Shown here piece after piece: positions 28,561-41,434 of a stretch of DNA of 64,000 nucleotides. The notes under the pieces are model-generated. The model was given only the letters and a program-made list of their open reading frames with translations. It was not told the DNA's origin and ran no database searches. Within the stretch, counting starts at the first letter, position 1, and the number at the start of each line of letters is the position of its first letter. Source of the DNA: Paragordius varius. Its lineage: Eukaryota; Animalia; Nematomorpha. A program made the translations under genes and the position numbers. The DNA lies in contig OZ176052.1 of assembly GCA_964247055.1 (NCBI GenBank), positions 10,788,001 through 10,852,000 on the forward strand, given 5' to 3'.

Positions 28561-29597
28561 TTTTACAAAGTTTTAAAATTTATTGATTTAAATTTCCGTT
28601 GTAATTCAATTGTGTTTTGGAGTTCCAATTTTGAATTGTAGAACTGTGTAAACCGCACAATGGCAACATTACATTAACCTGATTTGGCCATAGATTTTGT
28701 AAATATATAAAAGTTACTTTATTGATTTTATAAGAATTAAGTGCTTATGAAAACAACAAAGATCTCGCCGTTTTATATAATGTGATACTTAAAGATTTTT
28801 GTATATGCGTAACAGCCAGGTTTTCGGTAACGTTGTTTCCCATAATTAGAAAAAATATTTAAAACGGCTCGAGAAAAATTTTTTGTTGATTAGTTTAAAA
28901 AATGAAAAATAAAGGCTGTTCTTCAAATGCAGGACAACAATGTTTGATTATTAAATTTGATAAAAACACAAACATTTTGCATGTTAGGCTCTTGAGCGCA
29001 AATCTATACCAAAATATATTGACAACAAAAAAGTCTATGAAGTATCATTATAATAAAGAAATTATTTTTTTGCGGCCGTTAATATTGTCCAAATATATTT
29101 TGAAATTTATATATTTTACAAATTTCTTACTCTGCTTATATAATTGTTAACGGATTAATATATTTCTAAAAAAAAATTATATTTATCATTCAACAAAATT
29201 AGTTAGAATTAGCAAAAGACCTTGATGATAGATCCCTCTAATATTAAAGTGTATTAAAAAATGTAATACCCACGTCGCCACTGTCCACAAAAAACACAAG
29301 TCAATGGTGGTTTAGTGACATCCGTCTAGTTGCGTCGGGGGTCGGGTTTACTTCTATGGATATAATGATAAGTTTTATAAGGACATGTAAATAAAATTAA
29401 GATATATCTGGCATTTTATAAGTAAAATAATATCAAGTATATCCTATATATGTTTAAACTAATATTGAAAATTATTTTTTAAAAATATATATAAGTTACA
29501 GTCATGTATGTTTAGAATTGTCAGATATACGTTTTTAATTGATTTTACTTTGTTTTTAATTGTTTACAATAAATAAGCTATTATTTAATGCTTAAAA

Positions 29598-30847
29598 ATG
29601 CGCATGTTGAAAGTTGACATATCAAACATTAAAACAATTAAAAACGAATTATCATTTAAAAACGAATATCTGTCAATTGTACATATACATGACTGTAATT
29701 TACCCGAAAACACTTTCACAAAAATAATAGAGATCAATGATAACCTTGTTTCCATTCATTCATTACGCCGAATTTACAAGGCACGTAAATGTGTCAATCG
29801 GAACTTTTGGGCCATATTTTTAATTTAATTGAAGATTTTGACAGTTTATACAATCAATTTCCCCATACAGTAACATAATTTTTATATTTAGTATAATCAT
29901 CCATTATTTGTTTCGATGAATGAAAAATCTAAAGCCATTAAACATTATTTGTAAGATATATATGTTATAGTTAGATCCACTACACACATTAATCCTAAAA
30001 AACAACACACAGATTTAGAATCCATAAATAATGCATTTAAAAGAGTTTCTATAGATATATGTTATTCAGACGTATTTAAAAAAATACTACAATCACCCGA
30101 TCAAGATTGGCTCCTCCCTAGTCAGGTATTAATTTATTGATTTTTTTAATATAAATTGGAATATTATTCGTTATTATTTTACAATTTATTAAAATATAAT
30201 TTGGAACCTGAATTTTTACGTTTATTTATATCAAATGAGTCTGTGTACCTTTTGGTTTGGTAAAAATAATTTTACTTTTGCCGAAAAAATTTTGTATTGC
30301 CCATATAATATAAAATTCTGGTTATATATCGTTTATACATATAAATTAAAAATTTGTTTGCGATGGGCATGCAAAATCGTGTAGGGTCTTAAACTCTTTT
30401 AATGTTAAATGCTTTCCTTTTGACCTAAAAGGGTTGTGAGCCATTTTAACTATATTATCAAAAATTTTTACAAATCAGTGATAATAAAACTGTATATTAA
30501 AAATTAATTATTTTTTTAAACATTTCTATTTTAACGATTATTTTAAATTTGAATTATATTGAGATTATGTATAATATAAAAAAGCTTTATAAATCTCATC
30601 TTTTTACATTTGAACTTAATAATGCATAAATTGAAAAATATCTATGTTCAAATCCTTAAAGCCTATTTACATTAGTATGATTGATATTGTTTAGGAAATC
30701 CAGAATGTTCCTTTTGTCACGAAATCTCGTACTATATCTACGTCATCTCAAGATTCTTTTATATTATTAAATTCAAAGGAAGAAACAGCTGATTTAAATG
30801 AAAGCGCCGATGATGAAAACCTTTACGATTTGTGCAATGATGTTTGA
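29598..30847 (+). CDS. Hypothetical protein, 5 exons, 194 aa
   Basis: Exons 29598-29784, 29835-29869, 29892-29950, 29975-30125, 30695-30847 (585 nt) are joined by GT-AG introns of 50/22/24/569 nt with all phases consistent. Ends ...QSPDQDWLLPSQEIQNVPF...ESADDENLYDLCNDV*. No family recognised. Confidence 0.55.
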
Positions 30848-33800
30848 ATAGAGCTTCTTCTCTTGATTTTTTTATTTTTATACTTTTTTTACAAGAAACG
30901 CAATAATATAACGGTAACAAATATATTAAACCCTAGTATTCGATTGCTGGTATATTCAGTGAAGTTCCCAATCGATCTCATTTTGATAAACATTTTATTT
31001 TTACCACCTAAATAATATATCCTAAATAAATTTTTTATATCATTTATGTTATATTATTATGTGATATTTTTATTACTGGATTTTATAGGATTCTTATCAT
31101 CTTTTTAAAAAACAATACTTTTTTACTAAAGTTAGATAAAAACCTTATTTAAGATATGTCTATTTTTGTAAAATATTTAAATTCTTAATTTATATTTACA
31201 GGGATTTTCTAATGACCGGTAATTATTAATATTGAAATGCGCATGGCTTATTTGAATTGAATAACTATTTTTCATATTTGATATCCGAACGGAATCAAAA
31301 AATGTGCGTTTGCTAAAAGCGTTGTGGTTGAAAAAATGATGCTTTTGACTGAAAAATGGTATATTCATATATTTTTATTCTATTATCCATTTTTTTATAA
31401 TGCTTTTTTTATTAGGTCTCCCTCCTAAAAAATTTTAGTTGTAATATTTTTAATGTTTTGTAATTGAAATTGAGTAAATAGAGAGAACAATGAAATCTCA
31501 AATTTTTTAATTTTGAGCCTTTGTATATTAATTTTAACTAAGATGCCTAGTCACTATAATAATAGGTATAATAGAAGAATATAATATTTTTTAATTTAAG
31601 ATAATTGAATATTGTATTTCATATCTGGCTGCGTGTTTTCAATCGATTTTTCGATTGCTTTGACATAGGTGTCATTTGATATCATTCCCCACGGTACATT
31701 CAAATTTTGTGGCGCCCCATGAAATCTAAAATATAAATTATTCTACCATTTTATGTAAAATTTTAAATTTAAAATGAGATATTTGTCATATAAATCTTAC
31801 ATTAGTTGATTTTTGTGAAAAATAGATCTAATGGGTTGTCTAAACTAACTCAATTATCCATCAGGATATATACAATTACTTCTTCAAGAGTGTTCTTGAA
31901 CACTTTAAATTCGTCCTTGACTTCGAGTTGGGGTTTAAATTTTAAAATCATATTTTTTGCATGTATTTTTTATTTTATTATTTTTTAGCCTAATTTTCTT
32001 TATTTATTATTATTTATTCATTTAAAAATAAATATTATTCAAAAACCACTTTTTTCAAACTAATTTTTTTTCCAATTTAACAAAATTATTAACTTTTGAA
32101 TGTTTTCAATGAAAAATTGCAAATAATAACTCAGAATTATATAATTTTTAATTAGGTGTTAAAATTTTTAAATAATTATAAGAAATTAATAAAGATATAC
32201 GGTTTCTCAATGATTTAAAGTTTATATTGATTTAAAATATATGTTAAAGAATAGAAAATAGGCTAAAAACGATAAAATAGATGAATGATTTATCATTTGA
32301 TTGATAAAAGTTAAAAACAAAACAAAATAGTCAAAAGACCAACTTGAAGTGTTCAAGGACCAATTTGAAGCGTTCTTGGACCAACATGAAGTGTTTAAGG
32401 ACACTTTTGAAGTGCAAATGGTATATGAACTTTAATAGAGGCTGGATGGATAAATGGTTGAAAGATAGGGGTGCTGAACAGAAGTGTCCTGCATACGACC
32501 TAATTCCTCCTAATAACCGTATATCCATTTGCTAATTTGAAATATTTTTATACGTTTTAAAGAAATAAAAACTCTGTGCAAACCTCTATTTTTTCGAATA
32601 ACGGTAAAATAATTATACCATATATCTCTTCCACCAAAACATATTGAAATTGAACATTATTAGTTATTAACTCTGCAACTTAATTTCTAATGAATGATTA
32701 TTAATGCAAAACTTTTTTATTCGCTTCTTTGCATAGTACATGTGCCTATATTTTCATTCATGACAACTAAATATTAAATAAAATTTATCGATATTTAAAA
32801 CTATAACAATGTTTATCTCTTTAAGACATGTCAAACGATATTTTAAATCTATGCGCATAATTTTTGTCCTTATGCAATTACAAACCCTAAAATTATTCGC
32901 TATCATCGAGATAATAATTGGAAAAAAAAATAAAAATACAATACCTAATTAACTCTCCCATATCCAATCTATATTCGCGTTCCTCCACACGTCTCAAGAG
33001 GCTATCAGAGATAATAGTTGGTCCCCAATATTCTGTTCTACACAATGTATAATAAAAGTGTTGATCTCTTGCATTAGAATTTTAAATCCGTAAACCAGAG
33101 ATAACACCTGGAAAGCGTAATTTATTCCGGTCCCGTCTCAAGTCAATTTTCCGGTTTTGTCACATAATTTTTTTATTGAAAAACGGGTATATTCTTTTAA
33201 ATGTGTGTTTTGGCCAGTTTCTTTTCCATCAATTTTAGATTAATAATTTCAGTTCATTTTAAAAAATTTGCAAATATAGTTTTTCTAGGGTGGAGCTAAC
33301 AGAATATAAACGGCTAATGTTAATTGAGACTTTTAACTAAAATATTTGAAAAGAAAATCGATAACAATATTAAAAAAAGGTTTAGCCTTGTATTAATCAA
33401 AAGAAAATCCCAAGATTAGTTCCGTTTCTAATCCTTCATATACACTAAGTTTTATAATTATTTTTTAGAGTTAATCTCATTATATCAAGTTTTCATATGT
33501 AAATACCTATTTTGTTGATTGGTTTTATCCTCAATCACGTGCCACTTGGTCATGGGATCGCCTGGAATTGTCTGACCACTGTTACCCCCTAAAATACAAA
33601 TCTCTAATTTCTTAGCATTCGAATCGACGTTGATAGGCATTAATAATATTAAGTTTAAGATTTCAACAATCAATTAATTAATAATGTATTATTAGGCGTA
33701 TTGTGTATACGACAATATAATTTTAATATATTTATCTTAATAATATTAACCAGTTTTGAATAAATTGACTACAAACTTAGGATTGTTGAATTTTCTTATT

Positions 33801-34020
33801 AAGATAAATATTTGGAAAGAACATTGAAAGCTAAGAACATGTTTCAAAACTACTAAATTTAAATTCATCTAATCTTTTGACGGGTTCCAAGCCTCTTACG
33901 GATGCCAGTATGTTTGCAAAATGTATATTTTAATTTGACCTCAAAGTTTACTTTTAAAAACACTAACTGTTATGGAAAAACTAATTCGAGTTCGAGACAC
34001 TTTGATATTAGATATATGGA

Positions 34021-37000
34021 TAAGGTGACCAGACGTCCCGCTTTTTCACATTTTGTCCCGCTTCCCGCTACGTTTTTAAAATGTCCCGCTTTTTCACGAT
34101 TATATAAAAAAAAATTTTTTAATACAAATAAATTTTTTTTATCCGTTTAAATTTTTTATCATTAAAATCTATATAAATTTTAAATTAAAATTTTTTATTT
34201 TTAAGTTAAAAGTATTTTTTTTTTGAATTTATATCATATGATTACAAACTTTCCTTCCTACTACTACTGTCATTAGTATCAAAAAGCCAAGTTAATACCA
34301 CAAATCTCTAGATTAATGGACAAATTGATACCACAAATTGGTACATTACACGTTTATTCCAGAAAATTAAGGTAATATAATATTTATTATACCAATATTT
34401 TAGTTTTATTACTTGCCAACATTATTAAAAAGCCAAATTAATACCACAAATCGGTAGCTTAAAAAACAAATTTATACCACAAATCGGTACCTTACACGTT
34501 TATTTCAGAAAATTAAGGTAATATAATATTTATTATACTAATAGTAGTTTATAAATATGAGCACAAAAAGAGGTTGTAAATTCAACAATGAATTAATGAA
34601 AGATTTTCCTTAAAAAAACGAAAAATGAATCATCTGTTAAATATCTTATATGCGAGGGGGAATTTACCCTAGCACATGGCGGCAAGCATGATATTACAAA
34701 GCATATGGAAACACAGAAACATAAAAAATGTTTAGATATGGCGGCATCATCTTACAAAATGAGCGTTTTTTTCGAAAAACCGCTTTTGGAGAGGAAGAAA
34801 AGAATTCGGCACTAGCTGAGGGCGTGTTATCTTTTCACGCTGTTAATCACAATCATTACTTTAGATCTATGGACTGTACCTCACAGGTTATTCGCACGTT
34901 ATTCCATAAAAAATTTACATGTGCCCGTACAAAGGCTGAAGCTATTGTGTGCAATGTCCTTTCGCCACATGCATTTTCTGAAATACAGAAAGATTTGATA
35001 AAAATTAATTTCTTATCCTTATACTCTGCTGCATCAAATCACATGGAAACAAAATTATTTCCCACTTTAATTAGATATTTTTATCCAGAAACCGGAGAAT
35101 TAAAATTTTAGTTATATTTCTCTTGGTGAAAATTCCGACATAATATTTACTTCAATAATGGATATTCTAGAAAAAAATAATTTAAAAGACAAAATTATCG
35201 CATATTGCGCTGACAACACCAATACGAACTTTGGTGGAAAAGCAAGGAGGGGAACAAAAATATTTTTCATAAATTAACAGATAATCTTAATCAAAACATT
35301 ATTGGCGTTGGGTGTGCAGCGCATATAATACACAACGCTATTCAAACAGCTGCTGATTTGTTACCCCTAGATGTGGAAAATGTAGTTGTTAAAATATATT
35401 CCTATTTTTATATATACACGGTACGTGTTGAAATGCTTAAAGAATTCTGTCAGAAGTTCAATATCAAAAAATGCTTGGATGTTGTAAAACTCGTTGGTTA
35501 GCTTTTATGCCAGCTATCGAAAGAATTTTAAAAATGTATGATCCTTTAAAATCTTTTTTTTATCACAGGACAAATGTCCTACAACTTAAAAAAGTTTTTT
35601 GAAAGTGATTCTTCAAAAATAAGGTTAGAATTCTCACATAATCAAGCTTCTCTCTTTCAAAATGTTATCAAATATATAGAAGGTGACAAAATTTCGGCAA
35701 TCGAAGTAGCCAATGAAGTTAGTAACCGAAAATTCCAATGTCAAGAACGGTTAGAAAATAATTTTATACCATTAACCATCCGCAATATAATAAATAATTT
35801 AGAAAAACAAGGCTTAATAAATCGCCAAGATATCCTGTACCATATAAAAATGTTTTATACAAATTGTAAAGATTATTTGGAAGACTGGACGACGCAATTC
35901 GATGAAATTGATTATTTTCATTGGATAACATTAAAATCAGAATTTAATTGGTGCGATTTTCAAAAATCAATTGATTATATCTGCTCCCAAAAATTCTCAA
36001 AAAGTAATCTTTCAGAAAATGATCTTTTTGAAGTATCATTAGTTAAAAGATATATTAATAATGAAAAGCTTAAATTATGGACAAAAGAAAAATATACAGT
36101 AGAATAGAAATGGTTGGAAATATTTCATCATTTTGAAGCCAACTATATTACATACAATAATATTTTAAAAATTGTGGAATTCGCACTATCTTTACTTGGA
36201 ACCAACGTTGCTACTGAGCGCGTTTTTTCCACAGTAAATCAGGTGTGGACATAAAATGTTAAAACTTTAAAGGCCGTTTTATCTGTAATTTGACAAATTC
36301 TTGTGAAGACTTCTACAATATTTTAAAAATGATGACAATCTGCTTAAACGCACTCACTCATATACCAAAGAATAAAATATTTTCTTATTTTATAAAGTTT
36401 TTATGTTAAAAAATAAACAAAATTACTTAAAATATTGTATAAGTCTTCATAATTTGTCAAATTATATTTGAACACACATAATGGCTTTTATTCAACATTT
36501 AAATTTGATTCCGTGTCCTTACTTAATTTACTGTGGAAAAACGCGATAGCAGTGGTTCAGGTAAAGATAATGCAAATTCTACAATTAAAATATTATTGTA
36601 TGGAACATAATTTGTTTAAAAATGATTATTTTAACCATTTCTATCCTACGTATTTTTTTCTGTTGTCCATAATATAAGTTTTCATTCAATATATTTATTT
36701 AATAATGAGACTTCATAAAAAAGTGTCATTGTGCACCGTCTTGTCTTCCAAATAATCGTTTCTATTTGTATAAAACATTTTTATATTCTGGCTATTCATT
36801 GAGCCTTGTTTTTCTGGATGCTTTATAATATCGCGTTTAGGTAATGGTATAAAATTATTTTCTAACCTTTTTTGACTTGGAATTTTGACCTTTGTCCTGT
36901 GATAAAAAATAGGATTCTAGGAGATCACATTTTTATAAATATTTCAATCGCTGACAAAAGAGCTAACCAACAGTTCTACAATATCTAAGCATTTTAACAT

Positions 37001-37398
37001 CTATATTTTCCACATCCAGGGGTAACAAATCAGTAGCTGTTTGAATAGCGTTGTGTATCTGCCAATAATGTTTTGATTAAGATTATTCGCTAAATTGTTA
37101 AAAATATTTTTTGTGCCGCTTCTTGCATCACCCAGCGCACTTTGTGATGATTTCGTCTTTATTATTTTTTTCTAGAATTTTACAATCACTTCACCCTTTG
37201 TTCGTGCACATGTAAATTTATTGAATAAAATACAAACAACCTGTGAGGTTGAGGTACAAATTTTTTTATATTTATAATGTATTTGTGTTAACAATAAATA
37301 ATTACAATAAATTTTTTGTATAAACTTTTTGGTTGTACCCCCCAATGACCCCCCCTTCTCGAGTCCCGCTTTTTCCTTCAAAAAATCTGGTAACCTTA
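34021..37398 (+). mobile_element. hAT (Blackjack-like) DNA transposon, copy 1
   Basis: TIRs TAAGGTGACCAGA / TCTGGTAACCTTA; perfect 8-bp TSD TATATGGA (34013-34020 and 37399-37406); subterminal GTCCCGC and AATACCACAAATC repeats. Confidence 0.93.
34557..36373 (+). pseudogene. Frameshifted hAT transposase
   Basis: MSTKRGCK start, BED-type finger remnant (..CEGEFTL.HGGKHDITKHMETQKH), CARTKAEAIV, CADNTNTNFGG, GCAAHIIHN (CxxH), TRW and a TERVFS dimerisation region, split over several frames with stops. Confidence 0.9.
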
Positions 37399-39096
37399 TA
37401 TATGGATGATGCTATGCAAACAGAAATAACAAAAACTTTTTCTTACCGTAATTATAATGTTTTGATTTTTAAACCCATTTAATGAAGTAATTTACTGGTA
37501 CAATATTAATGGATTCAAGTGAGGTAAGGTTATATTAAATGGTCATTCTTATTTTTATGTCTGAAAAGAGGAAATGTTTTTGTGAATTAGATTTCCCCAC
37601 TAAGGTGGGAATAAGCGAATTCAATTTTCCGGAAACCTTGCATTTCAAATAAAGCAAAGATTTATACATTTTAAGTTTTAACAGAGCACAACATCAACTA
37701 CTATGTGTTAGTCCTGCTCAAATGAGTGAAAAAACAATTAATTATAACTAATTATTATAAAACCTGAAGGCCCAGATAAAGGTTTTAATTTCGATATACA
37801 AATACTTATTGGAAATGGAGCAATGAATAAAATCCTATCAATACTCAATTGATAAAAACTGCTAGATATAATCAGAAGTGAAATGTCTAAAAATTATAAC
37901 GGAACTAAACATTTAATGACTCAAGAACTGCTCTAGCCATTAGCAATGTACCTATTCACTCATGGGGAAAAAAGCGTTTTAAACAATACAACAAATGATT
38001 TTAAGATATATAAAGTCCTGTTTATTAGTATTTAAAATAAATATATCTTGTTTATTTTCCGAAATTCTTTGCACGCGGTTGTATTTTTATATCATGGCTG
38101 CCTTATATTGTGATAAAATAAACCCCATGCTTATTTTTTCTATTCCATCCATATTAAACGAAATATTTGTTGATATGAAATCGCCTCAAGTTTTAGCAAA
38201 TATAAAATTTCGATTTTATATTTATTTCGATGATTTTTTTGGACATTTGACCTAACTAAAAAAATTTAGTTTAAATGATATGGAAAATATTTTTAATAAA
38301 CAGCATTAAACTAATAAAATATTTTTGGTTCATTAAAAGCCTACATTTACACACTATTGGAAAAAATTATTTGCATAAGACGTGTACCAAATTAAATTTT
38401 AATTACACGTATGAAATGAAAACGTATAAGGTAAATAAACAGGTAGTGTGAACTTTCTTAAATTGCAATCTGTTATGTACGCACTGTATAAATACAAAAT
38501 ATTTATTTAATATTAAAAGTTAGGTACGCGTGTAAAGGTTTTGATATGAATTCATTACCCACCTCCAATAAACTGTATGTTATATTTTATGTATTTACAT
38601 ATAGAAAATTCAATTTATATATTAAAAAATATAAAATGCCATTTTAGATCGTAAAACTAACACAATTATTTTGTTTTCAAATAAAATATTTTTTAAAAAC
38701 TTCACAAATAAATACATGTCTGGCACAAGCCGATATACAATATAATTGTGTATGGAGCTCTAAGATATAAAATCGGAACAATGCACCAAATTAATTTGCT
38801 AACTTAAAAAAATAATTTATATTTTTACTCAAATATATGTGGTTGGTCATGTTTGCAATAAATTATCACAGGAAAATAAAAAGGACCCCCTTATGTACAT
38901 GAAATTAAAAAACTGTTATAAATTGCATGGTAGTTAAAACCATTTTTATTGGGAACATATTTTATATACAAAATATTTTGTAAAATTAAAAGAGCAAATT
39001 GTGTGTGTGTAGTGGATAAAAAAAGGAGACAATATGTAAATGAAATTCACAATCGTTTTCTGTTGCAACAGAAAACAAATTGACGCCATTCATTAT

Positions 39097-40638
39097 TTAC
39101 AGTTCGTCGTGGCCTTCTTCGGTGGGAATGGGTGGAGTGCTTTTTTCATCATCGTCCAAATCTTCATCATCTTCCTCCTCATCGTCTTTAGCAGGAGGAG
39201 GAGGAGCTTCTTTCTTGCGTTTTTCTTCCTCGGCATCATCAATCTCTTTTTTGGCTTTCACTTCACATTCCTGCATAAGTAAAATACATAAATATTTATT
39301 GCATATTGATTCTAGTTGAGAGAATCAAGGGTAAAAAATAATGATACATGTTGTTTCTTCCAGGTATCTTTGTAAGAATCAACAACCGATTTCTCGTCAG
39401 TCACAATTATATTATCAATTATGGTTCCGGACTTAACTTGCCAAACATCAAAGCCAACCGCTCCAATATCCTTAAAATGATAGAGTTCCGGGTCTGGTTT
39501 ATAATCTGGATTGTCGATTTCTGGATGTACCCAGGGACCTTTATACTTTGGATTGGGTATTTTCTTTGGTTTCCATTCTCCCTACATTATAATTTGTCAA
39601 AATAAATAAGTATGCAATAGAGTAATATTATACAAAATTACAAAAAGGAATTCACATGTGTTATTATAGCCAAGTTTTGACACTCTAAAACTAAAAGTCA
39701 TAAAGTAACGCCCATGGCCAAATTTTGGAAAAAAATATTATATACCTTGAAATCTGGGTTTGGTATTTTTGGTGCTTCCCAATCTCCATCCATTTCGTCA
39801 TCCCATTCAGCAGGCTTTGTAGCTTTTGGATCAGGAATGTGAGATGGAATTGAGTCATAATCATCGGGTTTTTTATCCTCAGGGTCATCAATTTCGGCCA
39901 CGTCCTCCCAATCAGACGGTTTTTTGGCGTTTGGATCTTTAATTTTTTTAGGCAGTAAAATATCAAATTCGTCTTCGATAGAACCAGATCGTATTTCTTC
40001 ACCATCGATTGCGACAACAAACGTATTATCGGGTTTGAGCGTCAATGTATAAAGATGAGAGAGCTGATCTGACTAAATAAAATTTAGAGAAAAAATAAAC
40101 TTCACATCTCAGATTATTTTTGATCAAATGATTTTTATCATCCTTCCCCTTTGTTAAAATAAAGTGCGTTTTCTTATCGGAACCACAAATATCTGGGCCA
40201 AACATAATATAATATTTGGATGACTCTGTAAATTCCTTCAAATTTGTGCCAGATGGAAGAAATTTTAAATAACCACCCCCACAGTCTATATCTTGTTCAT
40301 GCTTGACTTGAAACTGAATATATATTGTTTTGTCCTTATTATCCAAAACATGATCGAATTTGCGAGCGTAAGAGTAAAATTTGGCATCATCCTTGGTGCA
40401 GAGGCCTCAATAATAAAAAATTTATAATACCTTTTCCTTCAGATTCTTGATCTTTACAGAAGTATTTTCCAGCACTAAGTTCAACAGTACCAAGAGTTCC
40501 CTCTTTAGGTTTTCCAGTAACCCAATCAAAGGTACCTTAATTTATAAAGACATTTATACCAGGAAAAGTTTCTTCTAGATATGTTGTGCTAGATACGGCA
40601 CCAATTAATAAAAAGAGTGCAAAGGCAAAAATTTTCAT
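39097..40638 (-). CDS. CALR: Calreticulin, 6 exons
   Basis: Signal peptide MKIFAFALFLLIGAVSS; VKHEQDIDCGGGYLK; IMFGPDICG; P-domain repeats KPSDWED/KPAEWD/GDWEAPKIPNP; acidic tail ending GHDEL*. Introns 24/25/28/164/77 nt. Confidence 0.97.
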
Positions 40639-40709
40639 GTTGCAAAAATGAAATTTAAGGCGATGCGAAAACACGAGAGGAAGAAAGAAATAAAGCATAG
40701 AGATTTTTG

Positions 40710-40743
40710 ATTGGCCACCAATAACCAATAGATAACAAACACG
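40710..40743. promoter_or_regulatory. CCAAT-box cluster with ERSE-like element upstream of calreticulin
   Basis: ATTGG 40710-14, CCAAT 40718-22, CCAAT 40725-29, then N9 and ACACG 40739-43 (ERSE consensus CCAAT-N9-CCACG, one mismatch), 72-105 nt upstream of the ATG. Confidence 0.45.
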
Positions 40744-41434
40744 GATAGGTTGTAGTGTTTGTAAATTTATATAAAAAATTTTAATACTTTAATATTAATT
40801 AATAAATAGCAGTATGTATGAAGATTTATATTTACTGAAAACTTTAATTTATTTATTATATTTTATATTTTATATTGGTAAAATATTTTCTACAGAAACT
40901 TAATGCAAAAAACTATTGATAAATAATTAAGCCTCCAAATACAATTTAAATGATCAGGTCATTATGAGCAGTTATTTTTAACACTCCATGAGCTTTTGAG
41001 GTTTTGTATTCCAGATCAATTTAAAATTTAAATATATTTATGGTATTATTTAAATATATGTTAGGCCTTATAGGCGCATTATGAAAATATCTAAAAAAAG
41101 TAGATTTGGGAAAAAATCCTCATCACAATTTCACCATTTCTATAAATATATTTAATCGCATATACCACAAGCAAGCACATGTATATATTGTTAGAAAATG
41201 TATATAATTTACTTGGAAGTGTTAACCCCCGATTAACAAAATGCATAAAATCTCGGTTATTTTTAAAAAAAACATTATGGAATGCATATTTTTAAATTAG
41301 GTTCAAGTTATTTTTAAGCTTTTTTTAATTCATTTAATGTGCAACCCCAAAAACATGAGTGTTGTCATGTCTTAACCATGTGTGTTAAAAGTAGTCGAGT
41401 TGTGACTCTTATTTTTCTCAAAAAAATAACCGTT

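Noticed and set aside
36427-37398. Mirror arm as a simple assembly artefact
   Set aside because: It is present in two diverged copies with different deletions, and it differs from the cognate gene by many substitutions.
39040-39605. Plus-strand ORFs 39040, 39080 and 39348
   Set aside because: They are antisense shadows of calreticulin exons.
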